Assembly: GCA_032718475.1 (NCBI GenBank)
Contig: JAUCBJ010008896.1
Span: 124,001 to 188,000 of the forward strand
Source: Nemertoderma westbladi
Lineage: Eukaryota; Animalia; Xenacoelomorpha
Direction of reading: 5' to 3'
DNA: 64,000 nt
The notes under the pieces were generated by a model that saw nothing but the letters and a program-made list of their open reading frames with translations, did no database searches and had not been told where the DNA came from. Of the stretch, positions 24,301-35,376 are shown piece by piece (the stretch's first letter is position 1; each line of letters starts with the position of its first letter). Position numbers and translations under genes: made by a program.

Positions 24301-24796
24301 AGTAGGTTGGTACTTCACTGGCCCTTCCCGTAGAACTCTCAAAGAGAGATTACCTCAAGAACAGGTATACCAGGTAAAGGAATGGGAAGTAGAGAGCAGT
24401 GAGGTGGACGACCCAACTGAGGGAACACCATACTCCTCAGATAATGACGATATTAACTCCACTATAGATCAATGGAGACATTGCCTTGAGACGATTAATC
24501 CAGCCGACATTGCTTCCAGAGGAGCAACTCCTCAAGAACTGATAGATACTCCAGGCTGGTTAGGTGGATCCGACTTCTTAAGTAAAGAAGAAGAAGAATG
24601 GCCTCCTCATCTTACCACGGCGGAGATTAGACAGGCCAAGGGAGCGGAGAAATTAACACAACAACTCAATCGCCCAGCTGGTCGTTTATGTTTACTGGAA
24701 AGAGACCGAAAACTGTCCAGAAACTATGGAAGGCAAGATACTCTTCCTACGACCAATTCCCTAATCCGACAAATATCTAGGGACTCCATAACGTAA
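21320..24796 (+). CDS. BEL/Pao Gag-protease polyprotein fused in frame to an RNase H C-terminal remnant
   Basis: Coiled coil; KFNGDEMKWLPF...EKLRFLIKCLEG (DUF1759-like); CALCDGPHRLSVC, CYNCLRQGHQRRTC, CAKCGAKHHILLH; NALLDSGSTGTFI; ILIGQN; RTRVGW; then QWRHC...NPADIASRG...WLGGSDFL...WP. No YxDD motif. Confidence 0.92.
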   Translation: MLAANQAKFDERLRLVRVQEEQIKKKQIEDRKAAAVAAAMAEAEVERKAAAAMAKAVAEAERRASEETTQLELENLQETQDCINKQLTASQMQMMSRSTPKRQGYTSSEEGETTDPEGGGNRSRLSRRRKTSHRHKLPDLPPAVRRQLASTDLGSTEPTDQIIKVKRLHTIVDEPEIIRPVVPKSTPVLETPVLPELNSKFPLHSTTLSVPGRTVHANIPVLDAEREIKDLSPVVPRLPATMLATPTSAVEWVEEGRRGMNLLLGQMQETVHQLKGTVRESMLELQEVQQSIALERDKLVNIQKGIPIPPVTLCQPVRSEVLHAQGVEPTRIYTASEVETPIANPIKGDYKPVVDDIPYRPDNNPGNLYTDNSILNNTMAQESFTRQMARTEARQAVKVGEIVKFNGDEMKWLPFNEYYKDSIQNSVLSNGEKLRFLIKCLEGPPKLMALKFIGHPDGLRRVWDTLNIRYGNKDNLAKYLYAKLVAPRKFLSSGIIEFSDEIQEICRQLDWLGKSHEYQSSMVIGAIVSTLPKGGVCTRWDKKVLYMNEQQRRGPTMADLMSFLDSEVKLQLIKQSREKTSENKVSEKPVSRRRVTPVCYTDDGESQASQEEDSGKDTAKSYYDNKTYKDVSKYKSRTSDRREQVTTTPPTSPKRIHGRKPEERTRVHNVTQGKVSNIKPKCALCDGPHRLSVCAEFLKKSLVDRREVMWDKRLCYNCLRQGHQRRTCYSDVRCAKCGAKHHILLHSEFERNNPSQVSKPELHVQFSDVNDTDQESEMEGFYTDEFSDANESCYLINTAVYRALTYEKDTDNEFPPTTFDRQPSWKAPTSNVGIREFPVVQVRVHGPNKSYIVNALLDSGSTGTFIDQELAEDIFAGQPRFRTKLNMSGIMQVWKSTITADYYVGELSTPQDKLGAQSIRSVKMVAIKNFATTQVEPYNWDEDESIQQLKIPRFQTDYPGVQILIGQNAHEALETLEKRPAQPQPLQTYAVRTRVGWYFTGPSRRTLKERLPQEQVYQVKEWEVESSEVDDPTEGTPYSSDNDDINSTIDQWRHCLETINPADIASRGATPQELIDTPGWLGGSDFLSKEEEEWPPHLTTAEIRQAKGAEKLTQQLNRPAGRLCLLERDRKLSRNYGRQDTLPTTNSLIRQISRDSIT

Positions 24797-27631
24797 TAAC
24801 ATATGGAGTGGGCGTGTGACTATATCATTTTATATTTGTTTTTATTTTATATTTATGAATGTATTATTATGTAATTTTATTATAATCGTTTTCTTTAGTT
24901 TTATTTAGTATAATGTTATTTTAGTGATTATTTAGTAGATTAGTGCAATATATTAGTGTTTATTACGTACGTAATTACTTATAATATATATTTAGTGCGA
25001 CGGCGAGAAATAATTATTTTTCTCTTTCCTTACTGTCCGTATCATATTATAAATACGTGACTACAGTAAGATGAAATGTCCGTACTTATTAAAGTACAAT
25101 AAAGCCACTACTATATTCAAGTATTATTGGTAGGCAGAGTATTAGGAATGCAAAGCTCAGATCCTCGTGTCTCGGCTAAACCAAGCTCTGGGTAGACCTT
25201 GGAAACGACTTGCCTCTTCACACTGACATTGCTTCGTGCGATATTGCTCTCATACCATATATAATAATACATATAGTAGCGTGATGTCCCTCTAACAGTA
25301 GCGTGAAACGCAAATAAATCTGTTAAACCTTTTGACCATCTGTAATTCTAGTCGATTAAGATATCGTAGCACTTACCGATACTCTTAAAAGACAATTTTC
25401 ATAGAATTAAGGATCCTATGTCCCCAGACCTGCTCTGGAATCAAATTGTGTCAATTGCACTATCAAATAATAAAATTTCAGGGAATAAATTTGAATTCAT
25501 ATTTTAATGAATTTAATAAATTGTCATTCTGTGCAATTTATAACATTCCCAAAATCCCATTAATTAATAGATCACGGGAGCGGAGATTTATCTTATTAAG
25601 TGTGTTAGAGTGTGAGAATCTCCCATGTATGAGTCAATAGCCGATAAAATTTATAAAATCATATATAAACGAGATATTGGACCATTAAAGAATTACTATT
25701 AAATAGCATCCCAGATCTGTATGCATTGGAATTACCCTAATTCTACCGCTAGCTCTCCATAATGTCACCATAGTAACACCCATGCTAGAATTAGAAACAA
25801 GTTAAAAAGAACAATAGAAAGCTTGCCCCATTGCATAGTAAGAAATAAATAGCGCACTGCTAGTATCCAAGGGTACATAATAATAACGTGACATTCTGGA
25901 AGGCACTGACTAACGGACAAATGGCCCGAGTGTGTGTAATTTGTGACAGTTGTGTGTGTGGAATTTGTGAGTTTATAGGCGAATGTTACTACTAAGGTGT
26001 GTTTACAGTAGCGAGTCGCAATTGTGAAAGTAACCCTAACTCTCCAGTAAGAACCTGAAGTGTATCTAAGCCTTTGGGACGGACAGTGGAGTGACTCGTG
26101 CTAGTGTCGTTGTCATTGTGTAGCTACACGTTGGCGGAAAACACAGCGGCGACGATACATTTGCGCTGAGGCTCTTACACTGTCCGGGGGCTGATTGGGG
26201 TAGGCAGCGACGCTCGCTAGCAAAATTATAAGCTCATTATAATATTAATAAACTCATATATAGCAGATATAATGGAGTTGATAGAAGATGGTCTTGGTAT
26301 CGGGGAGCGATATACTCTACCTTTACAAGTGTTTGTTGATAGTTTGATACGCGGCGACGCTAGTCCAACTACTACGGAGGACGATGGTCGTTATATCGAA
26401 CCGACGATTTCCTCGAAGCAACTTACGCGTGAATTGGACTATGGAAAATTCACCGCTCGCTACACGCATCGTAATAGTACGTATATGGACTTCTTAACCA
26501 TTGGCCATTCTATCGATTCACACGTTACGGACTATGTCGAACATATATCCTACCCAGCGGAGTCGGAACGATAAACTGAAATTCGAATGCGAAAATTCTA
26601 TTCGAAATCGACTCGAAAGAAAAGACATTAGAGAGACAAATGGACACGGTAACTCTAACGTATATTTGGAATTCTTGATAGAAGCATTGTAATAACAAAT
26701 AAATATCATCCGCGTTTCCCCTACCAGACGTGCGTCTTTGGTATTATTACGATAAATGCCCTAGACCCAACTAATAAACGGAAAGACATAAACATCCACG
26801 GAAACCGAAACTTGTTCGACATATCACCTACGCTTGCTCGACTCAGACGATCCTTGAGTAAACCTACGATCATAGTTCCGGAATACTCGGTCAGACCACC
26901 TCGTTCCTTGATTAGACCTCAGACTTTCGATTCTGATGGTATCCCGGATCCTCACGAGCTGTATTCACTGTTCAAAGATCTAGTGCTACCCTAACAATTA
27001 ATCGGTAACACTCCGGCAGCAAGCTCTAGCTAGCCGCCCATCTTACCTAGCCGTATTGGGACGCGGACACCTAATATCACCATTCAACCGTATGGTCGTC
27101 CCAGTTTAACGCGATACAACCCTTCATCAAGGTGAAGGAGAGCGTTGTACGAAACGAGTTAAACGCTATTCTACAAAGATCAGAAAGGAAACCTGCGTTT
27201 GTTCAGATAAACGTAAGTTATAACAGCAAGTCCAAGCGGTAAACGAATTGGCTTATCTCAGTTCGATTGGGAAATCTTGAATCTCTAAGAAGATATCGAG
27301 CTTAGACAACCCTATTCTCTGCGAGAGTTTTGGACGAGCGTGTCCAACGACAAGCGGAGGAAAATCAGCTCGAGGAGAAGCAGATCGAAATGGACGAGAC
27401 ACTGACCGTAACCCTAAACCTTCTGATGCAATGGTATTGCACCCTTCACCCAGGAGTTATAGCCCTCCTAGTAAAGTGGCTCGCCCCAAAGAGAAAAGGA
27501 CTCTTGCTAGTCTCAAGAAACTGCGTAAACGCCGTCCGCGCAAGAAAAACTAACTGTTTAGAGTATCTTTATATTTTAGAAACTGTGATTTTTTATATTT
27601 TATAGACTAAAATCCCATTTTCTGGGAGCGG

Positions 27632-28867
27632 TGTAAAAGCTTTTGCGGAATTGCCCGGTTATTTTCCCCGTAAAGTACTCTGTAGTTGGTTTAGCAGGCA
27701 TAAAAGGCCGTGTCATTGCCGTACCGGTGTTTTTAGGGGACATAAAAGCTATTTCTTCTGTATGTGTACTTTAGAGGACATAATCCGCAATTCCATGACG
27801 CAAAAGCCGAAATACTCTTGGAACAGTGTAGTTACTAAGACGACAGCTAATAGCTGAGCTGTACACGTGGAGCCTCTGCACGGAGCCTTGGTTCTTTGTT
27901 CTGCTCAGCTCAAATGACGACATCTATCAGCTGTGTCCACGTCAGTTTGACCAATCAGAGATTTTCCCTTTGTGTAAAAGCTGTACAGCAGAATCCCATG
28001 ATTCAGTACTGACGTTTCCCCCACGCCTAGAACACCGGCCGGGGAATGTTTTCTGACATTAGAGCGTCTTTAATTATAAGATCATCAAACGGTTATCTCG
28101 GTTTTGCACCTCGGTCTCGGTCACGGTTTTGCACCTCGGCATATGATTAAGCACCCTGACGTAAACTGCTTTTCGCCGCATTATTTACTGCTATTTACTG
28201 TGTTGTTAATTGTATCGTTCGTTTACATATTATTATTGGGAAGAATATTGATAACGATCCGAAAACCCAATCTTCTTGATACACTAAGGTTAGAGAGACC
28301 GGTTACATATAACAATTTGCGACATACATTATCGTGGTTTGTAGTGAGTTCAATGCTACTTAATAGGCCCTACAAATGTCGGTTGTTATTCTCTTTATAT
28401 ATGATTAAAATCAGTGAATGTCGGCAATTCGGTGTGCAGTTGTGTGCAATAGTCTGTGTGTGCTTGACCGAGTAACAAAGCATTTCCTAAAGAATGCACT
28501 TTGGTGATCTATAAGACATACTGTTGTGTATAGTGTAAGTCATAGCTCTGTTTAAATAGATAGAGCGCCACGTCCTAAAGGAACTGCTAATATTTCCCGA
28601 ACGTGAATAATATTCGTCAGAGATTATATATTAACGATCAATCGAATAGTACGGTAGGCCTGCACCGCAATCAAATTAAAGCATCCAAATCCAGTCTCCC
28701 GGGTATATCCAGCGGGTGAATGGTCGCGCACAGACTGGCTTTGGCTAATGTTAGAATTATTATAGGTGTTCAATAGGCCTACTTGTCATAGGCTGGAGTA
28801 GATTTATAACCTAGAAGACATATAGATTTGGCGGGTTAAACTGCCAAAGGTCTTAAAAGCGCGAACA
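27632..28867 (+). repeat. 3' LTR of element C
   Basis: TGTAAAAG...GCGAACA, followed by TSD GTAGT and resumption of the satellite in register. Confidence 0.97.
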
Positions 28868-29690
28868 GTAGTATTGCTAAGTGATGTATTCCATTGTTTG
28901 GTTATTATTATTGTCAAGTGCTATTGCTAAGTAATGTATTCCATTGTTTGGTTATTATTATTGTTAAGTGGTATTGCTAAGTGATGTATTCCATTGTTTG
29001 GTTATTATTATTGTTAAGTGGTATTGCTAAGTAATGTATTCCATTGTTTGGTTATTATTATTGTTAAGTGCTATTGCTAAGTGATGTATTCCATTGTTTG
29101 GTTATTATTATTGTTAAGTGGTATTGCTAAGTGATGTATTCCATTGTTTGGTTATTATTATTGTTAAGTGCTATTGCTAAGTGATGTATTCCATTGTTTG
29201 GTTATTATTATTGTTAAGTGCTATTGCTAAGTGATGTATTCCATTGTTTGGTTATTATTATTATTAAGTAGTATTGCTAAGTGATGTATTCCATTGTTTG
29301 GTTATTATTATTGTTAAGTGCTATTGCTAAGTGATGTATTCCATTGTTTGGTTATTATTATTGTTAAGTTCTATTGCTAAGTGATATATTCCATTGTTTG
29401 GTTATTATTATTATTAATTGTTAAGTGGTATTGCTAAGTGATGTATTCCATTGTTTGGTTATTATTATTATTAATTGTTAAGTAGTATTGCTAAGTGATG
29501 TATTGCATTGTTTGGTTATTATTACTGTTATGTGGTATTGCTAAGTGATGTATTCCATTGTTTGGTTATCGTTATTATTAATTGTTAAGTGGTATTGCTA
29601 AGTGATGTATTCCATTGTTTGGTTATTATTATTGTTAAGTTCTATTGCTAAGTGATATATTCTATTGTTTGGTTATTATTATTGTTAAGT
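28868..29690. repeat. 50-bp satellite, right block (a last partial unit lies at 33171-33199, beyond the LINE)
   Basis: Same unit as 15424-17242; roughly 16 copies. Confidence 0.97.
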
Positions 29691-32600
29691 AAGGTTAGGC
29701 CAGGTCCCCAGATCCTGCTACCACTATGGCAGTAATGTGGTACTACCTGTAGCTGTCAGCCCAGTAGGGCAGGCCCGATAAGCAAAGCATAGCCTATTCA
29801 TTATTTAGTTGATCAAGAGTGCGTTGGTTTAGCCCCGTCAACTAAATATGTCATTGAGGGCTATAGCGCCTAGGGCACCATTGAAGGCAAAGACTTGATA
29901 CGCATCTGCATTAGAGGTGATACACGCCCCTCCCTGTCTATACTGGATGCGTTAGGTAACCTAACCAGGGGGCACACTTGGTTCAGGGTGTAACAAAAGG
30001 ACCCCTACAGTCGGCAGCAGGGCTGTAGGCCATGGATAGGCGGAAGGTAATCAACCAACGGCGACCTACTGCGAAGACGCTTGTAGGAGTTGCGACCACA
30101 AGCGGTTTACTCCCGCAACTGAAAGATATGAGTATGAGAACCCTCCAGGAGAAATACCGGCTCGGTCGTCGCTCGGGTCAACAATGACCGCGTCCCTCAG
30201 TGGTACACCAGGCTGGGGTCGATAAATTCGCTACTGGAACTGCAGACAGAGAAGAAAGAAGAAACAACCTGTTGAATTGTAAAAATACACTAAAGATTGC
30301 TACAATGAACGCACGACGCACGCACGCTGAAAGCACATACCAAACAGGGTGACATGGTCGCTCTGGCAATGGAATATAACATCGACATCATCTGCCTCCA
30401 AGAACATCTGATTTGTCATGAAGACACTGCCATGAAGTACAATGACATTGGAAATGGATGGACGTTAGTAACAAGCTCAGCAGTACGAAACTCGGCCAAT
30501 GTATCAATTGGTGGAGTAGGAATTCTGCTAAGCCCATTTGCACTTAAGACCCTAAACAACATCGTATCTATAAATTCCAGGGTTATGATCGCAACATTTG
30601 ATGGGAATCCCAAGGCAACAGTATGTTGCTACAGTCCAACCAATTCCTCAGAGCCAGAACAAGCAGTCAAGTTTTATGAAGAACTGTCTGGTCAAACACA
30701 ATGTTAAAGTCATTGCTGGTGACCTGAATGCGCAAATTGGCCCAGAAGACATCAAGGGTTACACCTATAACACCAGTTCTAACAGAAATGGGTACTTATT
30801 TTTAGACCTAATGGAAGAATGTGAATTGATACCAACAAACAACACATTCGAAAAGAGTAAGGGGAAGCTAGGGACCTTTCAATATCCTAATGGAACCAAA
30901 GCACAACTGAATTACATCCTTATAAACAAAAAGTGGAGAAACAGCATGATCAACTGCGAAGCATACGGCTCGTTCAACCTAATTGGTTCGGACCACAGAA
31001 TTGTGACTGCAGAGATCAGACTCAGTTTGAGAGCCAGCAAACCCAGGACAAGCAAGCAAATCAAATATGACTGGGAAAAACTCAGAACTGACAATGCTGT
31101 AAAGATGATAATTGATGTTAACGACATACTGACTAACAATACTGACTAACATACTGACTAATGCTGTAAAGGATGCTTATACAGTAGAAGTTCAAAACCG
31201 CTTTGAAGCACATCAGTCAATAGATGAAGACCAATCCACCAATTCAATATACCAGAATATAATAACAACCCGCATATCCCCCAGAAACCCAAACGAAAAG
31301 AGTATGTGCCATATGGCAAAAATCTGAGGTTACTTGTAAGTGAGAAGATATTAAGATAGCCTACAAAGTTAAAACCGAACAACCAACAACCGAAAATATT
31401 AACAAGGTTGAGAAAGCTAAGGACGATCTTAAATTGGCCTACAATATCAGCCAGGAAAAGTAGATACAGGATAAAACTGAAGCAATTACAACTGCTCACA
31501 TGCAGCATTACCGTAATGCAGCAAACTGTAAATGAGGTATCTGGTCGGAAAAGTTGTGCAAAGGGGCGCCTCAAAGCCGATACTCCTGAAGAACGTGTTG
31601 GGAAGTGGGAAAATCACTTCTGCAACTTGCTTGGGCAGCCACCAAACATCGAGGTCAGCCCTACAAGGAAAATATATGACAAGACACTACCTATAGAAAC
31701 AGGGGACTTCACACCTGCCGAACTCGAAAGAAGCATTAAAAGCATGTCCAATAATAAAGCGAGTGGATTAGATGAAATCCCAGCGGAGGTATGGAAAACC
31801 GGAGTGCTAAACAGACCATTATTGAATGTTTGCAACCGGATGTTAAAAGGGGAAAAGCCAATGCCAATTTGGACTAAAGGTCAACTAAAACTTCTCCCGA
31901 AAGAAAGGAGACCTCGGCATACCAACAAACTATCGTGGGATCTGTCTGCTTGTGGTAGCTGCCAAAATATACAATAAAATGATTCTTTATAAGATTAGGC
32001 CTCACATAGAGAAACTACTGCGTAAGAGCCAAAACGGATTTCGACCAAGTAGATCAACAATAGCTCAGGTACTTGCACTACGGAGACTGATTGAAGGAAT
32101 TAAGTCAAAGAATCTCCCCGGAGTCATGACTTTTGTGGACTTCAAGAAGGCATTCGACTCCATCCATAGAGGTAAATTGCTTGAAATCCTAAGAGCTTAT
32201 GGAATGCCAGAAGTAATTGTTGCTGGCATTGGATTGTTATATTGTGACACAGAAGCGCAGGTACTCTCACCAGATGGTGAAACTGAGTTTTTCTCAATTA
32301 CTATTTGTAATTGTGCTGGATTACGCAATGAGGACGGCCACAAAGGGTGAAGATCTGGGATTCACACTTCAAGAACGCAGAAGTAGTAGATATCCGGCAA
32401 CTACAGTCACAGACACCGACTTTGCGGATGACATCGCTCTGCTCTCTAATACGCTAGCAGATGCACAGCCTCTACTAAATAAAGTGGAGAGGGCTGCTAA
32501 GGAGGTTGGATTGCATATAAATGCTACAAAGACCGAATTCATGAACGTTAATATTGATGGAAACTTGACAACCATTGATAATAATCAACTAAGGAAGGTC

Positions 32601-33170
32601 GATGACTTCCAGTACCTTGGATCATGGATAGAGAGTAGCAAAAAGGACATAGAGGTTAGGAAAGCAAAGACTTGGGTATCTCTATAAAAAATGGATACCA
32701 TCTGGAAATCAGATCTCTCCAGGCACCTGAAGACTAAGTTCTTTCGAGCCACAGTGGAAAGTGTATTTTTATATGGGGGTGAGACCTGGACACTGACTAA
32801 ATCACTTGAACAACGAATTGATAGTTGCTTTCTAAGACTACTAAGGGCAGCCCTAAACATCAGCTGGAGACAACACATAACAAACGCCGAGCTTTATGGT
32901 ACAATACCACCTGTATCAACCACCCTCCGTGAACGCAGATTAAGATTCAGTGGGCACTGCTGGCGAAGTAAAGACGAGGTCATACCAGATCTACTTCTCT
33001 GGCAACCAACTCATGGAAAGCCTAGTCGTGGACGACCGGCCATAACATATATAGATCAACTTGAAAGGGATACTGAACTTGGGAGAAACGAAATTGCGAC
33101 AACTATGGAGAATCGGGAAGCCTGGAAGGATCTCATTTCCACTGTCCGAGTTCGCTCGACCTAGTAGCAG
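29691..33170 (+). mobile_element. RTE-clade non-LTR retrotransposon, apparently full length, frameshifted
   Basis: APE endonuclease (LKIATMNAR, IICLQEH, GDLNAQIG, SDHRIV); RT (QNGFRPSRST, FVDFKKAFDSI, DFADDIALL, FQYLGS); RTE C-terminus (RRLRFSGHCWR...GRP); short TAG tail; 11-bp TSD TATTGTTAAGT (29680-29690 and 33171-33181). Confidence 0.93.
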
Positions 33171-35376
33171 TATTGTTAAGTGGTATTGCTAAGTGATGAA
33201 GTGCCTTCTTTGCCATGCCTTCCCGCTCGATGTTGTTGTATTGTATGCTTGCATTCTATGCCGTGCAGCTTGCATTCTATGCCGTGCAGCTTGCATTCTA
33301 TGCCGTGCAATTTTTTGTTCTATGTGATTTTGAAATATTCCTTGTCTTAGAATGTTTTTACAAGTTGTATATCTCCTCACCTTGCAGACCTGTTTTGATC
33401 AGACCTGCGGTTTTACCAATGTCGTTCCCTTAAGTAATACACTGTTTTACAGAAATAACAAACGCATTTGAGCTGTCTAACGGTTTATAACATCTTGTGT
33501 TGTAATTCCCATTTACTCTATAATATTGAGACTTTTTAGTAAAATTCAATATTACTTTCGACCTTTGCAATCTCCAAAATGAAGTTCACTATCGGCGTAG
33601 TGTGTTTGATAGCCGTCCTGGGAATCTCTCAAGGGCTTCCGATTTTAAGGCCGACACCCTTTCGAGGAGTTTGGTACTAATAATGATAAAGAAATAAGCT
33701 TTAAATGTGAGTTGGATTTGCGTTTTAATAAAGACTTATATGAAGTATTTTTGTAATATAGTTGCGACGATTAAAATAATTTATTATTATTTTATTTTTT
33801 TATTATTAATATAATTTATTATACTTATTAAGTATTTAGAAAGGCGTTCAAACCCGCGGGGTTTTCACAACTCCCTCGGGAACGAGGAGATTGAGAAAGA
33901 GAAGCTGATGGATTCATTACTGAGGTTGATGACAACGGAACAATCGACAAAGAAGATATTTCCACAAAAAATACACTTAAAAGTAAAGGTCGTCACCGGG
34001 GGTTGAACCAGCGCTATACGTACGTTTCAGCCTATCAGACCTCATTAACAGCTCAACTCCAATTCATTTATTTCTTAAAAGTAAAATACACTTGATATAG
34101 ACCTACCTAAGATAAACAAGTATTACATCGAATTGGTATTGTACAGTTATATGGGTGATGAAGGTGTAATAGCCACATAGCCAAATTCCGGTAGTGTGTT
34201 GAATTACAGCAGTAACATGTGGTGGCGGCCAATATCGCTTAGATTCAAATGTACCTTAATGGAAAGTATATCCCGAATTCCCTTTGTGTAGAACACGTGC
34301 AGTTATATTTTAACAACTTCAACTACATAAGATCACTAATACGCCAATGAGCACTAACAAATAAAAGTTTAGTTTTCTTAAGCCATTATGGCAGAGATTA
34401 CGTATACGTTGATAAGGAACCCAGCATGGAATAAACCATTTCTAAACCCTATGCGATTTATTGGTGGCATTGCATTGGTGAGATTTATATGATGTCAATA
34501 ATTGGAGATTTTCTAGAGACTTTCATTACACCCTCAGTTCAAAGGTCTCCCGCCGCTAGAGAGATACATGTCTATACACGTATTATGTCCTGCTTTTTAA
34601 TCCGCTCAATCTGAATCTTGTCATATGTGTAACAGTAGAACACATCAGTCGGTCGGTGGTCGGTCAGCAGGGTCGGTGATCGGCCTGTTGTTCTCTAGTC
34701 TGCCGCTAAAGGGAGTAGGGCCTAAATGTAAGAAAGTGATAACCTTCCCCATTTCAATCTGTTTAAGCTGAATTTTGGAATATGTATTGTACCAGACCAC
34801 ATTGTGTCTTTTTGAGTAGTGTAGGCCTACAGTACTAGTACTAGTAATTCATCTGCACTTTCTTCTTTAGTCTGTCACAAGAACGGGAATTGTCTAATAG
34901 TGAAAACCTTCTCTAATTCCCTTGATCTCAATCTGTTTAAGTTGAATCTTAATAAGAATAATAGAATATCTACCTCCCTTCCCACTAGACTTCCGGTTTA
35001 ATAAAATAAGAAGGTTCAGTTTGACTTGCAATATATTTGACAGCTACTGGAACAATAACTACTACACTGTATCTCTCACCAATACAGCTATTGCACTTTA
35101 CGGTGTAAATAACGTAATACCAATAACACAATAATAAAGTACTAATAAACATTAGGGAAGGTGACATTAATGTAGGAAATGCACCCGAGAATAAATTCTG
35201 TATCACAATAACAACATTAAATACGCCGCGATATTGGCACTAATCGTCACTAAACATCTGACTGATCTAATATTAACACCTTCACCTTGTACGCCCAAAA
35301 TATCAGTTACCTCTCAGCTGTGAGTAATATATCCAGGGTTATTACTCTCTTAATTACATCGTTTATTGGTTTGGTA

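Larger units (their letters stand above)
17243..28867 (+). mobile_element. BEL/Pao element C: structurally complete, non-autonomous (gag-protease, no RT/INT), 11.6 kb
   Basis: Two 1236-bp TG...CA LTRs; 5-bp TSD GTAGT (17238-17242 and 28868-28872); PPT-like GGGAGCGG at 27624-27631; gag-PR ORF. Confidence 0.95.

Noticed and set aside
33985-34060. tRNA gene on the minus strand (GGTTCAACCCC B-box-like)
   Set aside because: No acceptor stem or cloverleaf can be built; at most an old SINE remnant.
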